NCBI GenBank assembly: GCA_965238275.1
Contig: OZ250186.1
Coordinates: forward strand, 2,016,001-2,080,000
Length of the DNA: 64,000 bases
From: Nitrosopumilus sp.
Lineage (GTDB): Archaea > Thermoproteota > Nitrososphaeria > Nitrososphaerales > Nitrosopumilaceae
Reading direction: 5' to 3'
Shown: piece after piece, positions 1-9,541 of the stretch
Position numbering within the stretch: the first letter of the stretch is position 1
Layout of the letters: every line of letters starts with the position of its first letter
Translations under genes and position numbers: made by a program
Notes under the pieces: model-generated
What the model was told of the DNA's origin: nothing
Seen by the model: the letters and a program-made list of their open reading frames with translations, nothing else
Databases searched by the model: none

Positions 1-1422
1 GTGCCAGAGGCCGCCTGAGTGATCCTCGTCATGCTCCAGCAGGTAACGCCTCTGCTCAAGTTTCAGGGTGCTGCCTCTCCGGCTTGCCAAAACCAGCGGG
101 AACCCGGGCTGCTTGAGCCAGGTGTCCACCATGGATGCCACCGGCATCCCCGACGCCCTGCCGATCGCTTTCCACAGATCTTTTCCCTCGGCGTTCCCGT
201 ACTTGAAGTCAGACAGGTACTTCTTGAGGCCCTTTTGGAAGTTCGGCTCGCCGACATAGTGCTCAAGCATCCGCAGTATGCATCCCCCCTTGTCGTATGA
301 TATCGCGTCAAATATTTCCCGGATCTCTGCCGGCGAGTTTACCGTGACGTCTATCGGATGGGTGGTCTTTAGGGAGTCGATTCCCATCGCAGCCAGCATG
401 GCATCGTCGACAAACTGGCTCCACAGGTCCCACTGCGGATAGAACCGGTCGACAAACTTTGTCGCCATGAACGTGGCAAAGCTCTCGTTGAGCCACAGGT
501 CGTTCCACCACTTCATGGTGACCAGGTTTCCAAACCACTGGTGCGCGATCTCGTGGGAGATGACTTCTGCGATAAACTGCTTGGTCCGGGTGGAGGAGGT
601 CTTGGGGTCGTAAAGCAGTATGGTTTCCCGGAACGTGATGGCCCCCCAGTTCTCCATGGCGCCTGCTGCAAAGTCCGGGATGGCAATCAGGTCCAGCTTG
701 GGCAGCGGGTATTCTATCCCAAAGTATTCCTCGTATGAAGTCAGCAGCTTCTTGCCCAGGTTCAGCGAGTATCTTCCGCGGGACTTGTTGCCCTTTGTGG
801 TTACGACCCGGATCCTGGTCTTTCCTGCCTTTCCCGAGAGGTATTCAAACTCTCCCACGCCAAGATAGACAAGGTAGGTGGGGGTCACCGGGGTCTTTGC
901 AAACCGGTGCAGCGTCCTGTTCCCGGATTTTTTCTTTGAGATGACGGGCATGTTTGATATCGCAGAGAATCTGTTATCGGCCAATATGGATATCTCAAAG
1001 GTGGCCTTTGCCATGGGCTCGTCCCAGCACGGAAACGCGCGCCTTGCATCGGCTGCCTCAAACTGGGTCGTGGCAAGATACTTTGTCGTGCCGTCCTGCT
1101 GCTCATACCGGCTTCTGTAGAATCCAAGGAGCCGGTCGTTTAGCGTCCCCTGAAACTTTATGGATATCGTTACGGGGCCCTTGATCTTCTTGTCCAGTGT
1201 TATTTTCAGTTCCTCTTGTTTATCGTCAGTGGCATGGGTGGAGCCGACCGTTTTGCCTTCGTGCTCTACCACGCACGATTTTATCTTCAGCTCTGCACAG
1301 TGCATTGTGATACTGTCAGTGCGCACCATGCAGGACGCAGAGATGGTCTCGGTTCCATCAAAGACAAACTTTTCAAGATCCGGCTCAAAGATCAGATTAT
1401 AGTTGATGGGTTTTACATTCAC
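1..1422 (-). CDS. M1 family aminopeptidase (PepN/tricorn-interacting factor type), runs off left edge of window
   Basis: Manual translation from GTG at 1422 (MNVKPINYNLIFEPDL); GAMENWG and HEIAHQWFGNLVT..WLNESFA zinc motifs; absent from ORF track because the stop lies outside the window. Confidence 0.93.
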   Translation of the reverse strand, partial: MNVKPINYNLIFEPDLEKFVFDGTETISASCMVRTDSITMHCAELKIKSCVVEHEGKTVGSTHATDDKQEELKITLDKKIKGPVTISIKFQGTLNDRLLGFYRSRYEQQDGTTKYLATTQFEAADARRAFPCWDEPMAKATFEISILADNRFSAISNMPVISKKKSGNRTLHRFAKTPVTPTYLVYLGVGEFEYLSGKAGKTRIRVVTTKGNKSRGRYSLNLGKKLLTSYEEYFGIEYPLPKLDLIAIPDFAAGAMENWGAITFRETILLYDPKTSSTRTKQFIAEVISHEIAHQWFGNLVTMKWWNDLWLNESFATFMATKFVDRFYPQWDLWSQFVDDAMLAAMGIDSLKTTHPIDVTVNSPAEIREIFDAISYDKGGCILRMLEHYVGEPNFQKGLKKYLSDFKYGNAEGKDLWKAIGRASGMPVASMVDTWLKQPGFPLVLASRRGSTLKLEQRRYLLEHDEDHSGGLWH

Positions 1423-1569
1423 GGCTGTTCTTTTTTTGTTGCGCCATAAGTAGATTTTCCAGCATGTGGTTCTTGCAGGCCAGGACGCACTGGATTTTGG
1501 GGGAGGCAGTACAAATCTGTCAGGACCTACACGCAGATGTCACTTATACAGTGTGACCTGCCCCGAGTG

Positions 1570-2073
1570 CTACAGTCCAATCTTTTCTTTGATCTGGTGT
1601 ATCTCGTTTTCTAGTCTCTGGAATCGGTCATCCATCATGTCGTGCATGTTGTTTGAGAGGCTCCGTATCTCTGCAGTGGTCTGATCCTGTTTGCCCGGCA
1701 TCTGATCCTGCTTGCCCGGCATCTGATCCTGTTTGTTATTCATGCTAGCAAGACAGCTGTATTGTGTAGAGAAGCCTTCAATCATCTCTTCTGCCAAGTC
1801 CCCGTGTGCGATTTTAAAGGATTTGAATTCGCCTGTCGCAGTCTGATATGATGTCTGAACATCATCTATCATTATGGGATGTTTGGCATCGCGTATGTCT
1901 TGAATCAATGATTCGATGTTTTGTCGGGTACCCTCTGCTATGATCTCTACAGGGCCATCATCCAAGTTTTTAATGCGGCCTTTGATTTTGAGGCGGTGGG
2001 CACTGTTACGCAGCCTGTATCTGAATCCAACTCCCTGAACTATCCCGTGTACAGTGATTGTAGCCCGTTCCAT
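1570..2073 (-). CDS. Acylphosphatase with C-terminal KQDQ-repeat/coiled-coil extension
   Basis: GIVQGVGFRY and GRIKN motifs; likely start MERATITV at 2073. Confidence 0.85.
   Translation of the reverse strand: MERATITVHGIVQGVGFRYRLRNSAHRLKIKGRIKNLDDGPVEIIAEGTRQNIESLIQDIRDAKHPIMIDDVQTSYQTATGEFKSFKIAHGDLAEEMIEGFSTQYSCLASMNNKQDQMPGKQDQMPGKQDQTTAEIRSLSNNMHDMMDDRFQRLENEIHQIKEKIGL
1680..1733. repeat. 21-bp tandem repeat (~2.5 copies) encoding KQDQMPG
   Basis: tctgatcctg(t/c)ttgcccggca repeated directly. Confidence 0.9.
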
Positions 2074-2188
2074 GACATTATATGCAATCTTTATTTTATT
2101 ATGCTTTTCAAAGACATGTTTCGCGTGCGGAGCATAACAGGATACCTGAGTAATGCAAACCTCAAATACGCTCGCTCCATGTGTAGTC

Positions 2189-2353
2189 ATGTTGGATTTT
2201 GAAGAGATGGAACACTTTATCCGGCACAAGATGAAGATGGCCCACGTCTACCAGCCACTGTTGATCAAGACCATGTACCTCAAGAAAAAATTTGGTGATA
2301 AAGAGTACCTTGAACACCTTTTGGGGATGTATGGGCGTATGGCCGGAACATGA
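2189..2353 (+). pseudogene. Probable N-terminal fragment of an HNH/HIT-associated protein
   Basis: FEEMEHFIRHKMKMAHVYQPLLIKTM recalls the MSHIYQPVM-type N-terminus of larger HNH/HIT proteins; only 54 codons. Confidence 0.45.
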
Positions 2354-3418
2354 CTAGCGCTTCATTGGGAACCTGACAAGAATTTTGTAATTGTGTCTTT
2401 TTGCGTTCCCATAGTGCCAGTCTATGTCGTGGGTCCCATGGTTTAGGCTGTGCAGTGATTTCTCCATCTGCCCGAGTGTGGCATGCTCGACATTCCTCTT
2501 CTTCAAATTCTCAATATACTTCTTCGGTGGTAGGTTGTTCAGTTTCCTGCAGTTGCACTCCTGGCAGGCAAGCACCAGATTCCACAATTCCGTGTCGCCG
2601 ATATAGTCGTATGGGATCACGTGGTCTACATGCGTCTTGTCAGGTTCCAATGCGTCCTTGCAGTAAAAGCACGTATGCGTGAATGACTCTAGGAGTCTGC
2701 GGAATTTTGCCTGGTCTCTCGGGCTGATGTCGTTTGCTTCTATCTTGCTGACCAGTCTTGGCATCCCGAGGTTGCGCGTCTCAAGGAAACGCACCCATTC
2801 GAGAATGACTGCCTTGAATAGTATGTCGTGGTTATCCTTGAAATATCGCATCGCATCTGGATTCAGGCGGATTCCGCCACCGGGGTCGATTTTTTTGTTG
2901 TCTGCTGAGTCGTTGTAAGCCTTTGCCAGATAGTCAAAGAAGATCTTCTCTTTTTCCTGAAACCGTGGCACCACGTCGTCAAAACACTTTTTGGTGATTC
3001 GTTCAACGCATCTCTGTATTTTTGCCGGTTCCTTTTTCTCCAACTCTTTGAACGTGTACGGGTATTCCTCTCCGGTAAACTCCATACGTATTATAGTAAT
3101 GATTTCCGGTTGCTGGTTTGACGGTCCCTGAAGGAGCTTGGACTTGCATTCCTGCAACCAGTAGTAGCGAAAAAAATATTTTGCAATCACCGAGTAGCGG
3201 ATCTGCACCGCATCACTGGAGTTGCTGTAATCCAGCAGGAATCTGGCCAGCGCGAACTTGTAGGTATTGTTCTTGCTGCCTCTTGTCAGTATCCTCATGA
3301 ACGCGGTACGGAACTCATAGTCGGTCCTTTGTTCAAACTCCACACAATTCTTGTTATGGAACGGTAGATATGTGATTTGGTGCGCGGTACGAGACGTGTT
3401 CCCGGTACGAGTTGCCAC
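2354..3418 (-). CDS. HNH endonuclease domain protein
   Basis: C-terminal CFYC..HVDHVIP..NLVLACQECN; N-terminal KNNTYKFAL motif; start uncertain (3343 possible). Confidence 0.85.
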   Translation of the reverse strand: MATRTGNTSRTAHQITYLPFHNKNCVEFEQRTDYEFRTAFMRILTRGSKNNTYKFALARFLLDYSNSSDAVQIRYSVIAKYFFRYYWLQECKSKLLQGPSNQQPEIITIIRMEFTGEEYPYTFKELEKKEPAKIQRCVERITKKCFDDVVPRFQEKEKIFFDYLAKAYNDSADNKKIDPGGGIRLNPDAMRYFKDNHDILFKAVILEWVRFLETRNLGMPRLVSKIEANDISPRDQAKFRRLLESFTHTCFYCKDALEPDKTHVDHVIPYDYIGDTELWNLVLACQECNCRKLNNLPPKKYIENLKKRNVEHATLGQMEKSLHSLNHGTHDIDWHYGNAKRHNYKILVRFPMKR

Positions 3419-3616
3419 GAAACCACTTGTCTGGGAGGCAGATCAAGTAGGAGATTTTGCGTCGGTCCTTATTGGATTTGGGTTTGCAGATATCGCACAT
3501 ATGGCGGTAGGATTGGATGCCTCTAATCACTTGCTTCTCTTCTACACTTCTTCGTATCTCGCATTCCTTGCAGTCCGGGTTCCATAGTTAATATTTGTGT
3601 CATTTCCACCACATCC

Positions 3617-4615
3617 ATGGCAAAGACGTGGAAGGACGAGGAGATCAGCCTTGAGAAGATCAAGAGCCAGACAGTTGCCGTGATTGGTTATGGAATCCAG
3701 GGAGACGCACAGGCCAACAACATGAAGGACTCCGGGCTAAACGTGATAGTCGGCCTCAAGGAGGGCGGCAACAGCTGGGGCAAGGCAAAAACAGACGGCC
3801 ACAACGTAATGCCGGTCGCAGACGCAGTCAAGCAGGCAGACGTCATCCACGTGCTGGTTCCAGACATGATCCAGGGCGAGATGTACAAAAATGTGATAGC
3901 CCCCAACCTTTCGGAAGGCAACGCGTTGTCATTTTCCCACGCAGCTGCCATCTATTGGAAGTGGATTGAGGCTCCAGACAACGTTGATCTTATCATGGTT
4001 GCGCCCAAGGGGCCAGGCTCCAAGGTAAGGGAGACGTACCTTGACGGCTTTGGAACGCCGTCCATAGTGGCAGTCGAGCAGGACTTTACAGGAATGGCGT
4101 GGGACAGGACACTTGGAATCGCAAAGGCCATTGGGAGTGCAAGGGCCGGCCTCATCAGAACCACCTTCAAGGAGGAGGTGGAGACTGACTGGTTTGGCGA
4201 ACAGGCAGACCTGTGCGGCGGTGCGGCATCCATGGTGACAAACGCCTTTGAGACGCTAGTCGAGGCAGGCTACCAGCCGGAGATTGCATACTTTGAGGTA
4301 CTGCACGAGCTGAAGCTTATAGTTGACATGATTCAAAGGTACGGCATCAATGGCATGTGGAACCGTGTCAGCGAGACTGCAAGGTATGGCGGCCTGACGC
4401 GCGGGCCGATGGTGATGGACGAGGCAAGCAAGGAGAGGATGAGAAACGTTCTGACCATGATTCAGGACGGAACCTTCAACGCCGAGTGGGTATCAGAGTA
4501 CCAAAAGGGCGGCAAGGACGCGTTTGCCAAATACATGAAACAGTACGATAACCACCAGATAGAAAAAGTCGGCAAGCAGATGCGCAAGATGATGTGGCCA
4601 GATTCCACCGAATAA
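3617..4615 (+). CDS. ilvC: Ketol-acid reductoisomerase
   Basis: VIGYGIQG, MVAPKGPG, ETDWFGEQADLCGG, SETARYG motifs. Confidence 0.97.
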   Translation: MAKTWKDEEISLEKIKSQTVAVIGYGIQGDAQANNMKDSGLNVIVGLKEGGNSWGKAKTDGHNVMPVADAVKQADVIHVLVPDMIQGEMYKNVIAPNLSEGNALSFSHAAAIYWKWIEAPDNVDLIMVAPKGPGSKVRETYLDGFGTPSIVAVEQDFTGMAWDRTLGIAKAIGSARAGLIRTTFKEEVETDWFGEQADLCGGAASMVTNAFETLVEAGYQPEIAYFEVLHELKLIVDMIQRYGINGMWNRVSETARYGGLTRGPMVMDEASKERMRNVLTMIQDGTFNAEWVSEYQKGGKDAFAKYMKQYDNHQIEKVGKQMRKMMWPDSTE

Positions 4616-4623
4616 GACTACTA

Positions 4624-5046
4624 CTAAATTCTTCCCAGATCAGAGACGCCCGTATTGATGTGATCTATTATTACCGGTAATGGCGTTCCGGGGCCAAACA
4701 CGTGTTTCACGCCTGACTTCATCAGCGCCTTGTGATCCACGTCAGGAATCACGCCGCCTCCGACTACCAGCACGTTTTCAACGTCCCTCTTCTTCAGCTC
4801 CTTTATCACCCTTGGAAACAGCGTTCCGTGTGCGCCATTAAGCAGGCTCATTGCAATTGCATCCACGTCCTCGTCCTGGGCAATCTGCGCCACCCTCTCG
4901 GGAGTTGCAAACAGGCCCGAATAGATGACCTCCATGCCGGCATCCCTGAAGGCCCTGCAGAGGACAAGCGCCCCCCGGTCGTGGCCGTCAAGGCCGAGCT
5001 TGGCAACCAGAATCTTGATGCTTCGGGATGCGACCTTTTGCTTCAT
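4624..5046 (-). CDS. Methylmalonyl-CoA mutase small (B12-binding) subunit
   Basis: KLGLDGHDRG cobalamin-binding motif, VVGGGVIP. Confidence 0.93.
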   Translation of the reverse strand: MKQKVASRSIKILVAKLGLDGHDRGALVLCRAFRDAGMEVIYSGLFATPERVAQIAQDEDVDAIAMSLLNGAHGTLFPRVIKELKKRDVENVLVVGGGVIPDVDHKALMKSGVKHVFGPGTPLPVIIDHINTGVSDLGRI

Positions 5047-5229
5047 ACCGGTAACTGGATTATTGATCTTTTAAAATCCTTCTACAGGATGTCCGGATAC
5101 ATGGAGGCTTAACATGCACGTGCGTGCACAGAGGTCGGATAAGTTGCAAGAGACCGCGTCCTCAAATCCCCGATAACTTTTCTGTGCAGTTTAAGAAACA
5201 ATTTTTAAGAATCCACTCCAGCGCAGTAC

Positions 5230-5979
5230 GTGGCACGCCCAAAAATTACCAATACCTTGAAAGGGGCCCTTGGCGAAACCTACTACAAGGAGCTCTGTTC
5301 GCAAAGGGGCTGGGCATACTGCTCGCTTGAAGTCATATACCGTTCCAAGGATCTTGACGCCGTGACTTTCAAGATGGGATTTGAGAGGGTTCGTGTCAAC
5401 ATTCCTGAATCTATGAGGCCAGAAGTCCTGCGAATAGCAAAACCATCCAACCGATCTTCCCACAACCCAAGCTTCGTGTTTGACTACCTGGCCTGCAAGA
5501 TAGGACAAGCAGACACATCACGAATTCAGCGTCCTCAAGTGCGCGATTTCTGCTGGGCTGAAGTAAAGACTGGATTGGGGATTTTCTCGGACAACCAGTA
5601 CAAGACGCTGTCAGAAATACGCCTGCCGATTGCCATTTTCCACATAGAAGACGTTCTAGCCGAACCGAGGCACATAGAGATGGATTGGGAAATGACGTCC
5701 GGGGCTAAGTTTGCGCGCATGTTGGATGAAAATGACGATGATTACAAAGATGACTATCGCAACAGTGGCAGGAGCAATTCCAAACGCAACGATTACGGCA
5801 ACAGCCGTGGAAACGACTACAAAAACAGCCATGATTCGAGCCGTAGCGGCATGGTGGCAAAATTTGGCGGCACGTGCAACATATGCAAGCGCAAAATAAT
5901 CGCCGGCAAAGACAGGGTAGCACAGGACAGGTACTCGAAATGGGTTCATGCAGGATGCGCGCCACGAAGAAAATATTGA
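5230..5979 (+). CDS. Putative PD-(D/E)XK nuclease with C-terminal zinc finger
   Basis: KGALGE..FDYL..AEVKTG spacing; C-terminal CNIC..WVHAGC. Confidence 0.6.
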   Translation: MARPKITNTLKGALGETYYKELCSQRGWAYCSLEVIYRSKDLDAVTFKMGFERVRVNIPESMRPEVLRIAKPSNRSSHNPSFVFDYLACKIGQADTSRIQRPQVRDFCWAEVKTGLGIFSDNQYKTLSEIRLPIAIFHIEDVLAEPRHIEMDWEMTSGAKFARMLDENDDDYKDDYRNSGRSNSKRNDYGNSRGNDYKNSHDSSRSGMVAKFGGTCNICKRKIIAGKDRVAQDRYSKWVHAGCAPRRKY

Positions 5980-6222
5980 ACAGCGTGAGTCAGATTACGC
6001 GTGTCCTTCATTCATAATACCCGCACTTGCGGATGGAAAATGATCCAGATAACAGCCCACTGTGGGTTCGAATCCCTTTAGACCCGCTCCCTACAGCATG
6101 TCAGATCTTAATTATCCGGTTGCACGACCTGCACTTGACTACAACCACGCCGTCGCCTGGAAGCCGGACAAACCTCTTTGAGCCGCATCCGGGGCAGATT
6201 GGGCATGCACGGACCGGCTCCA

Positions 6223-6753
6223 TCAGTGTTTGGTGGGAACTGTGTCTGATTTAGATATTACCTCAAGCCTTCCCCTGGCGTTGATTCCCGTAAGAAAAGC
6301 ATACACCGCATCCGGCACAAGGCTCTTCCAGTCCCCACCGGAGGCTATCAGCGAGCGGATGTTCGTGGCGTTGTACCTTGAGGCGTCCAGAAACTCCGGT
6401 GCCACCACCTCCACCCCGGAGTCAGAGAGCAGCATGGAGACGTAGTCGTTTCCGCTGTATACGCGCTCAAAGCTGGGCAGCGCGGACCTGAGGTAGGAGT
6501 GCCAGGTGGCAACGTTGAACTGGTTTTCGATTGAGAGGACAATAAATCTGGACAGGTCAAGGCCGGAGGCCTTGAGGGATTCGCGAATCATCTCGATGCG
6601 CTCTCCTGCCGTGAACGGATCCTTCTCCAGATAGTTGAACTGGGCGCTTGTGACTGCTATTATCACCTCGTCGCAGTCCCCAAGGATGCGTTCTGCCAGA
6701 TGCAGGTGGCCAAGATGAAACGGCTGGAACCTGCCCATCATTAATCCGCGCAC
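6223..6753 (-). CDS. nadM: Nicotinamide-nucleotide adenylyltransferase
   Basis: GRFQPFHLGH, DPFTAGERIEMI, ATNIR motifs. Confidence 0.93.
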   Translation of the reverse strand: MRGLMMGRFQPFHLGHLHLAERILGDCDEVIIAVTSAQFNYLEKDPFTAGERIEMIRESLKASGLDLSRFIVLSIENQFNVATWHSYLRSALPSFERVYSGNDYVSMLLSDSGVEVVAPEFLDASRYNATNIRSLIASGGDWKSLVPDAVYAFLTGINARGRLEVISKSDTVPTKH

Positions 6754-6782
6754 ATCAGGGACTGGTTTTGGATTTTATTAAG

Positions 6783-7700
6783 TTAGACTATGGTGCCGCT
6801 TCCAAGTATCCGGACGGTGGGGGATTCTGGTTTCAGGATTACCACTGTGTCTCCCGTCCGGCAGACCAGCGGCTTTTCAAACTCCAGCATTACCGGATTA
6901 ATGGATGAGAACCGCGCGGCCTTTACCTGCAGGCCCGCGCTCACAAGGCATCCCTGGTTCTGTGTGATTTCGCCCTTGTAGAACCTGTTGGGCGTAAAGT
7001 CAAGCGTGATTGCCATTTTAGTCTCCACTGCCCCCTCGGCGCACAGCACGTCCCCGCGTCCAATCTCGTCGGGCCGCACCCCCTTTACCGCAAGCCCCAC
7101 CCGGGCAGGGGAGACGGATTCCGGGGTGGGATCATCATGCATCTGAATCGACTTTATCAGGACGTCGTGCCCTCCGGGGTAGTGCCGGAGCGTGTCATAC
7201 TGTTTGATTCGGCCGGAGGTCACCTTTCCCAGCACCACTGTGCCCACCCCCCGGACATCAAAGCAGTGGTCAACTGTGACTATTGGCGGGCCGTCACAGG
7301 ATACCGGGCCCAGCTTGGTCATGGCGTCTCTCATCTGGTCCTGTTCAACCCGGACATATCCTTCCACGACTGTTCCCTTGATCATCGCATCAAGCCTTGA
7401 GCCGTCCACATCAAACGTGTGCGACAGGATTCCCTCGGTCTTGTTCAGCAGGTCAAGGGCGATTATCTGCTCTCCCGTAAACCTGTCCAGCGCATCCACG
7501 TGAAATATGACATACTCTGCCAGGTTGATTGCCTGGAGCAGGGGCTGTATCTTGTCCGGGAACCCGCTCGGGGTAACCCACGTCCTGATGGTGCCGGACT
7601 CTTTTCTGTCATACATGGAGAGATCCGTGACTGTCCCCTTTTTTCCAAACTCGGATGCAGTGTCCTGTTTGCCCAATACTACAAAGTTTACAGACTCCAC
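6783..7700 (-). CDS. SelB-like/EF-Tu domain-2 protein with degenerate G domain
   Basis: DHCFDVRGVGTVVLG, IKSIQMHD, RVGLAVKG; likely GTG start at 7700; no P-loop. Confidence 0.8.
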   Translation of the reverse strand: MESVNFVVLGKQDTASEFGKKGTVTDLSMYDRKESGTIRTWVTPSGFPDKIQPLLQAINLAEYVIFHVDALDRFTGEQIIALDLLNKTEGILSHTFDVDGSRLDAMIKGTVVEGYVRVEQDQMRDAMTKLGPVSCDGPPIVTVDHCFDVRGVGTVVLGKVTSGRIKQYDTLRHYPGGHDVLIKSIQMHDDPTPESVSPARVGLAVKGVRPDEIGRGDVLCAEGAVETKMAITLDFTPNRFYKGEITQNQGCLVSAGLQVKAARFSSINPVMLEFEKPLVCRTGDTVVILKPESPTVRILGSGTIV

Positions 7701-7809
7701 AGGGGACGTGCCGGTGCACGACCTTATGAAGTTTTGAATCATGCGCCTGCAGGCCAGAAGAGTTGCAGATATCGGGTGCTGCTGCACGTGAAGATGGCCG
7801 GCCGGCCTG

Positions 7810-8550
7810 CTACCAGTCCACCATGTTGCGTAACCGCGCCGACACCACGCCGGCGTCATCACCGGGCACAGACACCACATACGGCGTGTTTGCGGGACGC
7901 CTCCCCTCAGAGACTGCAAATGTATCACCGCCACTATTCCACAGATACGCCACCGTACCACGCCCGACTGCAAATGCGGCCGCCTTGCCTGCACCATCAA
8001 ACCTGCTGCCGCCTGGCTCCAATGCACCAATATCATTTCGCGCCAGAAACAGTCTGACTGCCCGCACGTACGCCTCATGCTCCTTCAGTATGATGCGGTC
8101 AGACAGCGTATCCTCGGTGTCCCCGGGCATGACAGGCACTGCATCCTGCAGGATTATCCCCCCGGTGTCCACTCCTGCATCTGCCATGTGGACGGTGCAT
8201 CCGGAATACTTTACGCCGCCATCTACTACGGCCTGCCTCTGTGCATGCAGTCCTGGAAACAGCGGCAGCAGCGAGGGGTGTATGTTCATGACGTTGTATC
8301 TTTCTGTCACATGCGAGGGCAGAATCTTCATGAATCCTGCCATGCACACCAGCCCCGGATCAAGTGAGTCCAGCACAGATACGATGCCGTCCATAGCAGG
8401 CTCCACAACACATTCGATTCCCATATCCTGCGCAATTTTGATTCCGGCCGCACCAGGCACGTTACAGACTACTGCCTGCACGTCTACATTTTTGGCCAGA
8501 GACTCCATGTTGGAGCCGCGCCCGGATATCAAAACTACAATCCCAGTCAA
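7810..8550 (-). CDS. purN: Phosphoribosylglycinamide formyltransferase with C-terminal extension
   Basis: LISGRGSNM, MNIHPSLLPLFPG, SGCTVH..GVDTGGII; TTG start near 8550. Confidence 0.9.
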   Translation of the reverse strand: MTGIVVLISGRGSNMESLAKNVDVQAVVCNVPGAAGIKIAQDMGIECVVEPAMDGIVSVLDSLDPGLVCMAGFMKILPSHVTERYNVMNIHPSLLPLFPGLHAQRQAVVDGGVKYSGCTVHMADAGVDTGGIILQDAVPVMPGDTEDTLSDRIILKEHEAYVRAVRLFLARNDIGALEPGGSRFDGAGKAAAFAVGRGTVAYLWNSGGDTFAVSEGRRPANTPYVVSVPGDDAGVVSARLRNMVDW

Positions 8551-8785
8551 TTCAGACCGCCTGCTGCATTGCTCCCACAGGAACATGTCCTGACATGGCA
8601 TGCCCCGATACGCTTGAAACCAAACATGAAAAACGAATTACTGCCAAGGAGGATCGGATCAGCCTCTCTTCGGGGTTCTGTCCCACAGCACATGCAGACT
8701 CCCATGAACCAGCATTGCATGCACGGCTAAAAGATTCTTTGTGTCCGGGAGTGGTAACCGTACCGGTGCACCACCACCACCATCA

Positions 8786-9541
8786 TCATGGAAACGATTC
8801 CAGCACGGCAGCATAGCTTACAAACCTGTGATTCTCCGGCCGGACGCGTATTTGCCGGTACTTGGAGGAGACCGGCCTGCCTGCAGCACCGCAAAGGCCT
8901 AGCGGGCCGCGTATGTATCCCGTATCATTGGCATAATTGAGCACCTCGTCGGTAGGCGCGTAATGGTTGACTATCTTTTCAGACACGGCATCATCAAGAA
9001 TCCTGCCGTACTTTTCAGACGACGGGATCTGGTCAGAAATTGAGGCGCCAAACAGGTAGACGCTATTAACCGCAGGATTCTCCATCCTGCCTGCAAGATA
9101 CTCTAGCGTGCTGAGAATCACCTGGGAGCCCAGCGAGTGTCCCATTAGTCGTATCGCAGTGTTGGGGCTTGCACGCCTGAAATCCTCGATGAACCGGCCC
9201 AGATGGTACCCGTTCATCACGGCGATCTTTTGGCCGACCTCCAGTGCGGACTTTTCATGCTTTACCAGGTGGGCGCCGGTGGTGTTAGAGTCGTAGCTGA
9301 ACCCCACCACCGGAAAGTCATACCCGAGATGGTGTAGGCGCTCCCGGGCAATGACCGCCTTTTGAATCGCGCCGCGGCTGTCGTTTCTCAGCCCGTGAAT
9401 CATTATCGTGACCTCTGCAGAGCCCCTGAGGCCCTCAAAGTACCGCCTGGGGTACAGGTAGTATGCGTCGTCTTTGAGCCTCCGGCCCGTGGACAGATCA
9501 TAGTATCCCCTGGTGGAGATGCGCGGAATCCTCCTACTCAT
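8786..9541 (-). CDS. Alpha/beta hydrolase (DUF726/DUF900-like)
   Basis: IMIHG and GHSLG nucleophile elbow. Confidence 0.75.
   Translation of the reverse strand: MSRRIPRISTRGYYDLSTGRRLKDDAYYLYPRRYFEGLRGSAEVTIMIHGLRNDSRGAIQKAVIARERLHHLGYDFPVVGFSYDSNTTGAHLVKHEKSALEVGQKIAVMNGYHLGRFIEDFRRASPNTAIRLMGHSLGSQVILSTLEYLAGRMENPAVNSVYLFGASISDQIPSSEKYGRILDDAVSEKIVNHYAPTDEVLNYANDTGYIRGPLGLCGAAGRPVSSKYRQIRVRPENHRFVSYAAVLESFP

Noticed and set aside
6783-7700. SelB-like gene as evidence for selenocysteine decoding
   Set aside because: Lacks P-loop and SelB C-terminal domain; no Sec machinery seen; SelB-like proteins are widespread in archaea
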